From Candidatus Eiseniibacteriota bacterium (GTDB lineage: Bacteria > Eisenbacteria > RBG-16-71-46 > CAVPCR01): a DNA stretch of 64,000 nt. Of this stretch, positions 24,920 to 34,144 are shown piece by piece (within the stretch, counting starts at the first letter, position 1; each line of letters opens with the position of its first letter). The notes beneath the pieces were generated by a model, which was given only the letters and a program-made list of their open reading frames with translations, was not told where the DNA came from and made no database searches. Position numbers and translations under genes: made by a program. The stretch is from contig CAWGMA010000003.1 in NCBI GenBank assembly GCA_963823555.1, positions 736,001-800,000 of the forward strand, written 5' to 3'.

Positions 24920-26611
24920 TTGATGAAGGCCTGGCTGAGGACAGCGAGCATCGTGATCCTGCTTGCTCTGGCGGCTCAGGGCACCGCCCTGGCCCAGGAT
25001 CGCATCGTCGTCGATTGCAACATCTTCTTCCAGAATCAGTCCAACTGCCCGGCGGGCGAGGTCCGCGCCGGCTTCCCCGCCTGTGCCGACTCGTTCAACA
25101 CATGCGATCTGATCAACGACCTGTTTCCGAACAACGTGACCATCGATCCGCAGATGGTCGCACCGCTCAACCAGTTCGCCCCGGACTTCCGCGTCACCGC
25201 CGGCGGCAACGCCACGCACCTGGGCGGCGCTCCGGTCGGAGTGGTGCCGAACGACGGCTTCTTCACCCAGCCCTACTTCGTGGGCGCCATGGGTTCGGGG
25301 GCTGACGAGGACTGGACCAAGGCTCCGAACGGGACGAGCTGGTGCTACTACTCGTCGAACGGCCTCGGGCGCACGGATCTCCCGAGCAGCGTGACCGTGG
25401 TCAGCGGCAACATCACCGCGAACACCACCTGGACGCCGGCCAGCGGCGGCTACCTGCTCTCGGGCACCGTGCGCGTGCTCCCGCCCGCTACCCTCACCAT
25501 CCAGCCGGGGACCGTCATCTTCGGCGAGCAGGCGACGAGCGGCACGCTCATCATCGAGCAGGGGGCGAAGATCCAGGCGATCGGCACCGCCACCCAGCCC
25601 ATCATCTTCACGAGCGACGCCGAACCCGGCCAGCAGGACCGCGGCCAGTGGGGTGGTGTGGTGCTCAACGGGCGGGCGCCGGTCAACTGCGCGGCCATGC
25701 CGGGCGGCACCTGCGAGGGCGAGGGTGGCTCGGGCACCTTCGGCGGGAACGACCCTGACGACAACAGCGGCACCCTCCGCTACGTGCGCATCGAGTTCGC
25801 CGGGATCGAGTTCAGCCCCGACAACGAGCTCAATGCCCTCACCCAGAACGGCGTCGGCCGGGGCACCACGATCGACCACGTGCAGTGCCATCGCGGGTTC
25901 GACGACGGGTTCGAGTGGTTCGGCGGCACGGTGAACGGTCGCTACATCATCGCCACCGACTGCGGCGACGACCACCTCGACTGGCAAGTGGGCTATCGCG
26001 GCAAGGTGCAGTACGCCATCTCCCGCCACACCTCGGATGTCACCACCGCCGACCGCGGCATCGAGGCCGACAACTACGAGTTCGGCTTCGAGAACCTGCC
26101 CCGCTCGAACCCGACCTTCGCCAATTTGACGATCGTCGGCACCGGCGAGGCGGCGCCCGCCGGTGGCCGGGGTGTCACCCTCCGCCGTGGCACCGCCGGC
26201 ACCATCATGAACTCGATCATCTTCAACACGCGCCGGGCTGCGATCGACATCGATGATGCCTCGACCTTCAATCGCTGCTGGGGCGATCCGTGCAACTTGC
26301 TCGCCGATCAGATCGGAATCGCCGAGCAGCCGGCGCCGGGCGCGGCTCGTCCGCTCGCGGTCAGCCTGTCCCCGAACCCGTTCAATCCGTCGACCCAGAT
26401 TGCGTTCACGCTGGCCCATCCGGGCGCGGCGCGGGTCGGCATCTATGACGGGGCCGGTCGGCTGATCGATGAGATCAGCGCGAACGATCTGACGTCCGGC
26501 CGCCAGTCGCTCGTCTGGAACGCTCCGGCGGGTACCTCGTCCGGTACGTATTTCTACCGGATCGAGGCCGCCGGTCAGGTGGCCACCGGCAAGATGCACC
26601 TCGTGAAATAG
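24920..26611 (+). CDS. Secreted right-handed beta-helix protein (TonB-receptor-associated family) with FlgD-Ig C-terminal domain
   Basis: Signal peptide; NITANTTWT, TLTIQPGT, IIFTS...WGG, GGNDPDDNSGTLRYVRIEFAG, DDGFEWFGGTV; PNPFNPST...SGTYFY...KMHLVK. GAGGAG RBS (start at 24920 or 24923). Confidence 0.88.
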   Translation: MMKAWLRTASIVILLALAAQGTALAQDRIVVDCNIFFQNQSNCPAGEVRAGFPACADSFNTCDLINDLFPNNVTIDPQMVAPLNQFAPDFRVTAGGNATHLGGAPVGVVPNDGFFTQPYFVGAMGSGADEDWTKAPNGTSWCYYSSNGLGRTDLPSSVTVVSGNITANTTWTPASGGYLLSGTVRVLPPATLTIQPGTVIFGEQATSGTLIIEQGAKIQAIGTATQPIIFTSDAEPGQQDRGQWGGVVLNGRAPVNCAAMPGGTCEGEGGSGTFGGNDPDDNSGTLRYVRIEFAGIEFSPDNELNALTQNGVGRGTTIDHVQCHRGFDDGFEWFGGTVNGRYIIATDCGDDHLDWQVGYRGKVQYAISRHTSDVTTADRGIEADNYEFGFENLPRSNPTFANLTIVGTGEAAPAGGRGVTLRRGTAGTIMNSIIFNTRRAAIDIDDASTFNRCWGDPCNLLADQIGIAEQPAPGAARPLAVSLSPNPFNPSTQIAFTLAHPGAARVGIYDGAGRLIDEISANDLTSGRQSLVWNAPAGTSSGTYFYRIEAAGQVATGKMHLVK

Positions 26612-26709
26612 TCGCGACGGCATCACCCCGGAGACCGTGAACCAAGGCAGGGTGGCGCCCGAGAAGCGCCATCCTGCCCGGGTCCTTCCCCGAAAGAGGC
26701 CAGCCGAAC

Positions 26710-29601
26710 ATGAATGCCAGCCGCAATGCCAGCCGCTCCACCCGACATCTGCCGGCCCCTGCGGGAGCCGGTCTGGTCCTTGCCTTGACGGCGATCGCGC
26801 TCTGCGCGACCGCCGTTTCCGGGTTGGCCCAGGTCGATTCCTCGCTCAAGCATCTCGCCAAGCACATGCAGCCGACCGACGGCGTCGTGCGCGGGAAGAT
26901 CGTGAGCTCCGAGACCGGCGAGACGCTGCCCGCGGCCACCATCATGGCGCTCGACCCCGATACGGGCGAGCTGGTGAAGGGGGCCCCGGCCTCGCTCGAC
27001 GGCGACTTCGAGATCATCCTGCCCGCGGGGAGCTACACCATCAAGGCCAGCTATATCTCCTACACGGCGGCCACCATCACTGGGGTGAAGATCACCGCGG
27101 GACGCCCGACGGCGCTCGAGATCGTGCTCCAGCCCGAGGGTATCGTCGGCGAGGAGATCCGGGTCGAGGCCAAGCTCCTCGAGGATACCGACGCCGCGGT
27201 GCTCGCCCGGCAGCAACGCGCCCCGGCCGTCGGTGATGCGATCAGCGCCGAGCAGATCTCGCGCTCGGGGGATACCGACGCCGCTGAGGCGACCAAGCGG
27301 GTGACCGGAGTCAGTGTCGTCGACAACAAGTATGTCTATGTGCGCGGTCTCGGCGAGCGCTATTCCAGCACCGAGATCAATGGCTCGCGCATCACCTCGA
27401 CCGAGTCGAAGCGCGTGGTTGCCCTCGACATTCTGCCGGCCAAGCTGATCGACAACATGAACGTCCAGAAGACGTACACCGCCGACCGGTGGGCCGAGTT
27501 CGCCGGTGGGGTGGTGGACGTGAACACCAAGGACTTCCCCGACCAGCTGAGCGTGGAATTCGGCCAGGGAGTGTCCGTTGCTCCCTCATCGAACTTCACC
27601 GACTTCGGCACCTATCCGGGTGGTTCCCGGGACTGGCTCGGTGCAGACGATGGGCGCCGCGCGCTGCCGCTGGCGATCCCCAAGGATCAGAAGGTCGTGC
27701 AGCGGGGCCGCTTCAGCAACGTCGGATTCACGACCGAAGAACTCGAGCAGATGGGAGAGTCGTTCGAGGACGTGTGGGATCCGCGGGTCCGGCAGTCCTC
27801 GCTCAACATGGGCTACAACCTCTCGCTCGGCAACCAGTCCTCGATCGCCGGCCGGCCGCTCGGTTACATCGCCTCGCTGACCTACGGCGGCAAGTATGAC
27901 TCGCAACAGGAAGTGCAAAACTCCTACTCCCAGGATGCCTCGGGGCTCGTTCCCTACTCCCGCTACAACGTCGATCGTTCAGCATCCGCGGTCGAATGGG
28001 GGGCGCTCTTCAACACCACGTACCGCCTGACGCCGAACCAGAAGGTGGCCTGGCGCAACACCTACATGCGAAGCGCCGAGGATGAGGTGCGGGAGTACTG
28101 GGGCCAGAGCCCCAATCTGCCGGCGGATGAGCCGATCAAGGACCAGCGCCTGCGCTGGGTCGAGCGCTCCACCTTCGTCACCCGCCTCGATGGCGAGCAC
28201 CTGGTGAGCCCCCTGGCCCGGTCCCTGCTCACCTGGCGCGTGGCCAGCTCGAGCTCGGATCGTGACGAGCCCGACAACCGGGAAGTGGTCTACCGCTACG
28301 ACCCTGTGATCGGGGATTTCCTCCTCTTCGATCTCGGGCAGAGCGGACAGCGCTTTTTCAGCACGATGAACGACGGGGAGCTGTCGGGTGAGGTCGGCTG
28401 GTCCATGCCGTTGCCGGCGATCGGCTGGCAGACGGCGAAGCTCTCGATGGGTGGCTTCTACACCGACCGCGATCGCGAGTTCTCTGCTCGCCGCTTCCGC
28501 TTCGTGCCCAAGTCGGGGGTGCGTCCCGACTCGATGGATCTCACGTTGCCGGCCGAGCAGATCTACACCCCGGAGAACATCCGGCCCACGGGCTTCCAGC
28601 TCCAGGAACTGACGCGCAGCACGGACGCCTACATCGCCAGCCAGATCATCAAGGGCGGGTACCTGCAGGCCGACCTGTCCTTCCTCACGCGCTTCCGCCT
28701 GATCGGGGGGGCGCGCTACGAGGATTCGCGGCAGCGCCTGCAAACCTTCGAGCTGGGGAACCCGGACCTGGTCCCGGTGGTGGCCGAGAACCTCGGCTAC
28801 GAATGGGCGCCGAGCGCGAGCCTGGTGATCAAGACATCCGACAAGACCAATGTCCGGTTCGGGGCGAGCCGCACCATCAACCGCCCCGATTTCCGTGAGC
28901 TGGCTCCCTTCGAGTACACGGAGTTCGTGGGTGCGCGCGCCGAGGTCGGCAATCCCGACCTCATGGACGCCGTGATCCGCAACTACGACGTGCGCTGGGA
29001 ACGCTACCCCGGTGTCGGCGAGCTGATGGCGGTCAGCTTCTTCTACAAGGACTTCGATCGTCCGATCGAAACCGTGGTATTGCCGGGGGTCTCCCGCATC
29101 ATCACGTACACGAACTCGGACGATGCACAGAACTATGGCGTGGAGCTCGAATACCGGCGCGGGCTCGGCAGTGTCTGGAAACAGCTCGGCGGTTTCCATC
29201 TCGGCGCCAACCTGACGCTCGTCAAGTCCGAGGTGGTGATCGGGGATTCGACGGGTGTCCAGACGTCGAGCGAGCGGCCGCTTCAGGGCCAGTCGCCCTA
29301 CGTGCTGAACGCGAACCTGGGTTACGCCTTCTGGGGTGGGCGTTCGAACGTTACCGTGCTCTACAACGTATTCGGTAAGCGCATCACCGAGGTCGGCGCC
29401 AACGGCCTCCCCGATATCTACGAGCGGCAGCGGAACCAGATCGACCTCACCGGGTCGCTGGCGCTGAGCGACAACGTGAGGATCAAGGCGGCCGCCGAGG
29501 ACCTGCTCAACCATCAGCATCGCTTCGAGCAGTCCGGCTACGTGACCCGCGCCTACCAGCCGGGACGGAGCTTCAAGTTCGGTCTCAATTACACGATGTG
29601 A
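26710..29601 (+). CDS. TonB-dependent receptor with N-terminal carboxypeptidase-regulatory-like domain
   Basis: Plug motifs KRVTGVSV, YVYVRGLGERYS and EFAGGVVDVNTK; barrel motifs RPDFRELAPF, GNPDL, GQSPY; C-terminal beta-strand FKFGLNYTM. Confidence 0.93.
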   Translation: MNASRNASRSTRHLPAPAGAGLVLALTAIALCATAVSGLAQVDSSLKHLAKHMQPTDGVVRGKIVSSETGETLPAATIMALDPDTGELVKGAPASLDGDFEIILPAGSYTIKASYISYTAATITGVKITAGRPTALEIVLQPEGIVGEEIRVEAKLLEDTDAAVLARQQRAPAVGDAISAEQISRSGDTDAAEATKRVTGVSVVDNKYVYVRGLGERYSSTEINGSRITSTESKRVVALDILPAKLIDNMNVQKTYTADRWAEFAGGVVDVNTKDFPDQLSVEFGQGVSVAPSSNFTDFGTYPGGSRDWLGADDGRRALPLAIPKDQKVVQRGRFSNVGFTTEELEQMGESFEDVWDPRVRQSSLNMGYNLSLGNQSSIAGRPLGYIASLTYGGKYDSQQEVQNSYSQDASGLVPYSRYNVDRSASAVEWGALFNTTYRLTPNQKVAWRNTYMRSAEDEVREYWGQSPNLPADEPIKDQRLRWVERSTFVTRLDGEHLVSPLARSLLTWRVASSSSDRDEPDNREVVYRYDPVIGDFLLFDLGQSGQRFFSTMNDGELSGEVGWSMPLPAIGWQTAKLSMGGFYTDRDREFSARRFRFVPKSGVRPDSMDLTLPAEQIYTPENIRPTGFQLQELTRSTDAYIASQIIKGGYLQADLSFLTRFRLIGGARYEDSRQRLQTFELGNPDLVPVVAENLGYEWAPSASLVIKTSDKTNVRFGASRTINRPDFRELAPFEYTEFVGARAEVGNPDLMDAVIRNYDVRWERYPGVGELMAVSFFYKDFDRPIETVVLPGVSRIITYTNSDDAQNYGVELEYRRGLGSVWKQLGGFHLGANLTLVKSEVVIGDSTGVQTSSERPLQGQSPYVLNANLGYAFWGGRSNVTVLYNVFGKRITEVGANGLPDIYERQRNQIDLTGSLALSDNVRIKAAAEDLLNHQHRFEQSGYVTRAYQPGRSFKFGLNYTM

Positions 29602-29612
29602 GCAGGAGGCAG

Positions 29613-30329
29613 ATGGCGATGATACGGGACAAGGTACTCCTACTCGGGCTCATCCTGGGCCTCGGGATGGGTTGTGGGAGCGGTGAGCGGCCCGCGCACG
29701 ACCGGGCGGGCGGCGAGGTCCCCGGCAGCGATCTCGGGAACCGGCAGCCGAGTGTCATGGCGACCGCGGCGACAGAGTCCGCCCCGACGACGGAGTCCGC
29801 CCCAGCGATGGGATCCACCCCGGCAATGGGGCTCGCTCCGGCCCCTGCGGAGTCCTCCCCGACGCCGGCAACGCATGCCGCAGAGCCCGGGCTTCCGAGC
29901 CGCAAGCTCCGCTCCTCCTGCGCCTCGCCCGAGGAGCTCGTGATCGAGATTCTCGCCGCGGTCGAGGCCGATGACATGCAAGGGCTCACCGACCTGCGCG
30001 TCACCGAGCGCGAGCACAACCAGCTCCTGTGGCCCGAGTTCCCGGCACGGAACAACAATGTCCAGATGGACTTCGCCTGGGACATGCTGAACACGCGCTC
30101 GTACACCAGTCAGGGACGCGCCATCGGAACCTGGCGCCAAAGGGGGCTCACGTTCGCCGGCGTTCGCTTTGAACGCGGAGTGGAGCGCTACCCGACCTTC
30201 GTTCTGCACCGCGGAACCGTGGTGAGTGCGCGCACCGCCGATGGCCAGGACGTCGAGTTGCGCTTCATCGGCTCGATCCTGGAGCTGGACGGCCAGTTCA
30301 AGGCTCTCTCCTACAAGGACTACGACTAG
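29613..30329 (+). CDS. Putative lipoprotein
   Basis: AGGAGG RBS; hydrophobic leader ending LGMGC; Pro/Ala/Thr/Ser linker followed by a globular domain. Confidence 0.7.
   Translation: MAMIRDKVLLLGLILGLGMGCGSGERPAHDRAGGEVPGSDLGNRQPSVMATAATESAPTTESAPAMGSTPAMGLAPAPAESSPTPATHAAEPGLPSRKLRSSCASPEELVIEILAAVEADDMQGLTDLRVTEREHNQLLWPEFPARNNNVQMDFAWDMLNTRSYTSQGRAIGTWRQRGLTFAGVRFERGVERYPTFVLHRGTVVSARTADGQDVELRFIGSILELDGQFKALSYKDYD
29772..29843 (+). repeat. Four degenerate 18-bp tandem repeats encoding TESAPT/TESAPA/MGSTPA/MGLAPA
   Basis: ACAGAGTCCGCCCCGACG, ACGGAGTCCGCCCCAGCG, ATGGGATCCACCCCGGCA, ATGGGGCTCGCTCCGGCC. Confidence 0.75.
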
Positions 30330-30400
30330 GGCGCGACCGGGGGCCGTGGCCGCCGGGGGAGTGGCGTGGGCGACGGCGCTCGGCTATCGTCCGCAGGCGG

Positions 30401-31657
30401 ATGCTAGTCGCGGTCGTCAGTCTTCTCATTCTCATCTACTGGCTCATCTGGAGCGTGGTCCTGGCGCGCGGCATGGGCGGTCTGCGTGTGCTCGAGGACC
30501 TCGAGGGTCACACCTCGGCGCGGCTGGGAGGTGTACCCGCGGGGAGCGTCCCACCTCTCTCCATCGTGGTCGCGGCTCGCAACGAGGAGAAGGCGATCGG
30601 GCCGGCCCTCTCCTCCCTCCTCGCCAGTGACTACCCTGATCTCGAGGTCCTCGTCGTCGACGACCGCTCGACGGACGGGACCGCCGGGGTTCTCGCTCGC
30701 CTCGCCGCGGTTCACTCGCGAATGAAGGTGCTTCCGATCGCGACCCTGCCCCCCGGCTGGCTCGGCAAGACACACGCGATGGCGACCGGGGTCGCCGCGG
30801 CGCGCGGGGAATGGATCCTCTTCACCGACGCCGATGTTCACTTCGGACCTCGAGCTCTCCGCCTGGCCATGGCCTATGCGGTTTCGGAGGACCTCGACCA
30901 CCTCGTCGTCGCTCCCGAGCTCGTGCTCACGCATACATGGGAACGCGTGCTCGTCGCCACCTTCCGGGTCTGCTTCAACCAGGCGATCCAGCCCTGGCGC
31001 GCCCGAGACCCCGAATCTCCCTCCGCCCTCGGGCTGGGCGCCTTCAACCTGGTGCGGCGGAGCGCCTACGAGCGCGCGGGCGGGCATGATGCCGTGCGCC
31101 TCGCCGTGGATGAGGACATGCGCCTCGGGCGCGTGCTCAAGCGCACCGGAGCGCGCCAGGAATTGATCTTGACCCGAGGTCTCGTCCGCGTGCGCTGGCA
31201 CGATGGGGTCAGGGCCACCATCCGCGGTCTGACCAAGAACTTCTTCGGAGCGCTCGACTACCGCCCCGGACGTGCCGCGCTTATCATCGCCATGCTGCTC
31301 ATCCTGCACTCGGGACCGTGGGCCCTCCTCCCCCTCGCGAGCGATGGATGGTCGCGGGCTCTGGCCCTTGTCGCGTGGCTCGCCACTGCGGTCGCCTACC
31401 GGGCGGCGGGGGAGGGCTGGAACGGGTTCGGGGCCCCGATCGGAGCCGCGCTCACGGTGGTGGCTATCGCCCGCTCGACCGTGGTGACGCTGGTGCGCGG
31501 CGGCGTCGAGTGGCGTGGAACGTTCTATTCGCTCGCCGAGCTCAGAGCCTTCATCCGGAGCGGCGAGAGCTGGCCGGGGGCCGCCGCACTGGCCGGACGC
31601 TGGACCGCGGCCAAGGCCGCGGCGAGGTGCACCGAGGCGACTTCGAACAGGGACTAG
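30401..31657 (+). CDS. GT2 glycosyltransferase (HpnB/CrtQ-like membrane type)
   Basis: SIVVAARNEE, VDDRSTDGT, GWLGK, FTDAD, GGH, DEDM and terminal WRG motifs. Confidence 0.9.
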   Translation: MLVAVVSLLILIYWLIWSVVLARGMGGLRVLEDLEGHTSARLGGVPAGSVPPLSIVVAARNEEKAIGPALSSLLASDYPDLEVLVVDDRSTDGTAGVLARLAAVHSRMKVLPIATLPPGWLGKTHAMATGVAAARGEWILFTDADVHFGPRALRLAMAYAVSEDLDHLVVAPELVLTHTWERVLVATFRVCFNQAIQPWRARDPESPSALGLGAFNLVRRSAYERAGGHDAVRLAVDEDMRLGRVLKRTGARQELILTRGLVRVRWHDGVRATIRGLTKNFFGALDYRPGRAALIIAMLLILHSGPWALLPLASDGWSRALALVAWLATAVAYRAAGEGWNGFGAPIGAALTVVAIARSTVVTLVRGGVEWRGTFYSLAELRAFIRSGESWPGAAALAGRWTAAKAAARCTEATSNRD

Positions 31658-31675
31658 CGGCTGCGAGGGATCGCC

Positions 31676-34138
31676 ATGAACCATCGTTCAAACATGCATC
31701 TCGGCTTCGAGCTCCGGGGAGAGGGCACCGCGGGCCCGATCGGGATCGAGCCCGCGGACCTGACGACGCACGCCGTCTGTCTCGGCGCCACCGGCAGCGG
31801 GAAGACAGGGCTCCTCATTGCCCTGCTCGAGGAGGCCAGCCTGGCCCGTGTTCCCATCCTGGCACTCGATCCAAAGGGCGATCTCACCAACCTCGCGCTC
31901 GTCTTCCCGGAGCTTCGCGCCGCCGATTTCGCCCCCTGGATCGAGGCCGACGCGGCGCGCCGCGCCGGCCTCGGCATGGACCAGCTGGCCGAGGAAACGG
32001 CCGAACGCTGGCGCACCGGTCTCGCCGCCGATGGCATCGCCGTGGAACGGCTGCGCCGGCTCAGCACCGGACGCACGATTCGCCTCTACACGCCGGGCAG
32101 CGATGCCGGGACGCCGATCGATGTCGTGAGCAGCCTGGCGATTCCGGAGCCTCATGTCGTCCAGTCCGAGGAGGCTCTCGCCGAGGCGGTGTCCAGCACC
32201 GCCGGCGCGCTCCTCGGCCTTCTCGGGATGGATGCCGATCCACTGACCAGCAAGGAGCACGTCTTCCTCTCGACCGTGCTCGAGAACGCCTGGCGCTCGG
32301 GGCGGGGGCTCGATCTGGCGACCCTCATCGGCGAGATCGTGACGCCGTCATTCCCGCGGGTCGGTGTGTTCGAGGTGGATCGCTTCATGCATGCGAAGGA
32401 GCGGGAAGAGCTGGCCCTCGGATTGAACGCCCTGGTGGCGGCTCCCGGCTTCGCGCTCTGGCGGCGGGGCGTGCCGCTCGAGGTGCCCGCGCTGCTCGGG
32501 GCGGGGGCCGGGGCCGACGGGCGAGCCCCGCTGGCGCTCGTCTATCTGGCGCACCTCGGCGAGCGCGAGCGCATGTTCGCCGCCGCCTCGATCCTGGGCG
32601 CGGTCGTGCGCTGGATGCGCGGGCAGGGCGGCAGCGGCGATCTCCGGCTGCTCGTGGTCATGGACGAGATCTTTGGTTTCATGCCGCCTCATCCCCGGAA
32701 CCCGCCCGCCAAGGCCCCGCTCCTCACCTTGCTCAAGCAGGCGCGTGCCTTCGGCGTGGGCGTCGTGCTGGCAACCCAGAACCCCGTGGACGCCGACTAC
32801 AAGGCGCTGTCGAACGCCGCGACCTGGTTTCTCGGCAGGCTCGCCACCGATCAGGATCGGGAGCGGGTAACCGATGCGCTGCGCGTCGGCGGCGGCGACA
32901 GCGGTGTCGAGGCGCTCCTGGCCGGGCTCGCGCCGCGCCACTTCGTGCTCAAGCAGGCAGGACGAACCCCCGTGGTCTTCCGCAGCCGCTTCGCCATGAG
33001 CTACCTGCGAGGTCCGCTCATGCGCTCCGAGCTGTCTCTGCTCACCGCGGCCGGGCTCATCGAGACGGTGCCCACCCAGTCCTCCGCGGCAAACGGCGCT
33101 CAGGCGCAAAAACCGGTGCCGGTCCCCGCGCCGCCCGCTTCCCCGGTGGGGGAGGCCTCCGCCCCGGGCGATGCCGCCTCGCCGGTGGCGCCCGCCTTTC
33201 CGGCGGGCACGCCGGAACGCTTCCTGGCCCCGGGGATGCCGGCGCTCACCGCGGTGGCGGCGGTCCTGCCCGCCGTGGCGCCGGCGCCGGCCGGCGCTCC
33301 GCCCCTTCTCCTTGCGCTCGTCACCGCTCGCGTCGCCCTGCGCTTCGATGAGGCCAGGTTCGACCTCGAACACCGCGTGACCTTCACGACCGCCGGGATC
33401 CCGCGCCCGGATGGAAGCGTGACGTGGATGGATGGACCGCTGGCGATCGACCTGGCGGCCGTTCCGGTCGCGGCTCCCGAGGGAGCTCGCTATCTCGCCG
33501 CGCCGCGGTCGCTCAGCACGGCCAGCGGCATGCGCCGTCTGGCGGTGGACCTCGCGGCGCGTCTCCAGTCGACCGAGACCATCACGCTCTGGCGTCATGT
33601 TTCACTCAAGCTGGTTTCCGCTCCGGGCGAGTCCCGCGAGGCCTTCGCGCTCCGGGTGACCCGGGCTGCCGAGGCGGCGGCCGCCGATGAGCTGGCCGCG
33701 CTCCGCGAGCGCTATGCGGAGCGCATCGAGCGAGTGCAGAAGCAGCTCGACCGCGCCGGCGATCGACACGCGGCCGAGAAGACCGAGCTCGAGGCCCGCA
33801 AGCGGGACGAGGTGCTCGCGGCCGGGGAGTCCGTGCTCGGCTTCCTCTTCGGCCGGCGTTCGGTGGGATCGCTCTCCGCCGCCAGCCGGCGGCGGCGCAT
33901 GACGCAGGGCGCCGAGAGCCAGGAGCGGCGGGCGGCCGGCGAGGTCGGGCGGCTGGAGCAGGAGCTCGAGCAGCTCTCGGCCGAGGTGGAGGACAAGGCC
34001 GCCGAGCTCGAGGCGCGCTACGAGGTGCTGGCGGCGGAGATCGTTCCGATCGAGGTCGGGCTCGAGCGCGATGACGTGCGGATCGAGGAGCTGGGGATTC
34101 TCTGGTGCGCGCTGCTCGGCGAGCCCGCGGTGACCTAG
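31676..34138 (+). CDS. HerA/FtsK-superfamily ATPase (DUF87/DUF853-like) with C-terminal coiled coil
   Basis: Walker A GATGSGKT, LDPKGD, Walker B VVMDE, LKQARAFGVGVVLATQNP. Confidence 0.85.
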   Translation: MNHRSNMHLGFELRGEGTAGPIGIEPADLTTHAVCLGATGSGKTGLLIALLEEASLARVPILALDPKGDLTNLALVFPELRAADFAPWIEADAARRAGLGMDQLAEETAERWRTGLAADGIAVERLRRLSTGRTIRLYTPGSDAGTPIDVVSSLAIPEPHVVQSEEALAEAVSSTAGALLGLLGMDADPLTSKEHVFLSTVLENAWRSGRGLDLATLIGEIVTPSFPRVGVFEVDRFMHAKEREELALGLNALVAAPGFALWRRGVPLEVPALLGAGAGADGRAPLALVYLAHLGERERMFAAASILGAVVRWMRGQGGSGDLRLLVVMDEIFGFMPPHPRNPPAKAPLLTLLKQARAFGVGVVLATQNPVDADYKALSNAATWFLGRLATDQDRERVTDALRVGGGDSGVEALLAGLAPRHFVLKQAGRTPVVFRSRFAMSYLRGPLMRSELSLLTAAGLIETVPTQSSAANGAQAQKPVPVPAPPASPVGEASAPGDAASPVAPAFPAGTPERFLAPGMPALTAVAAVLPAVAPAPAGAPPLLLALVTARVALRFDEARFDLEHRVTFTTAGIPRPDGSVTWMDGPLAIDLAAVPVAAPEGARYLAAPRSLSTASGMRRLAVDLAARLQSTETITLWRHVSLKLVSAPGESREAFALRVTRAAEAAAADELAALRERYAERIERVQKQLDRAGDRHAAEKTELEARKRDEVLAAGESVLGFLFGRRSVGSLSAASRRRRMTQGAESQERRAAGEVGRLEQELEQLSAEVEDKAAELEARYEVLAAEIVPIEVGLERDDVRIEELGILWCALLGEPAVT

Positions 34139-34144
34139 TCGCCC

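Noticed and set aside
24902..29520. 574-aa and 513-aa minus-strand ORFs
   Set aside because: Shadows of the beta-helix and TonB receptor genes.
31318..33351. 677-aa Arg/Gly-rich + strand ORF overlapping the GT2 and ATPase genes
   Set aside because: Alternative-frame artefact typical of high-GC DNA; low-complexity R/G/A/P composition.
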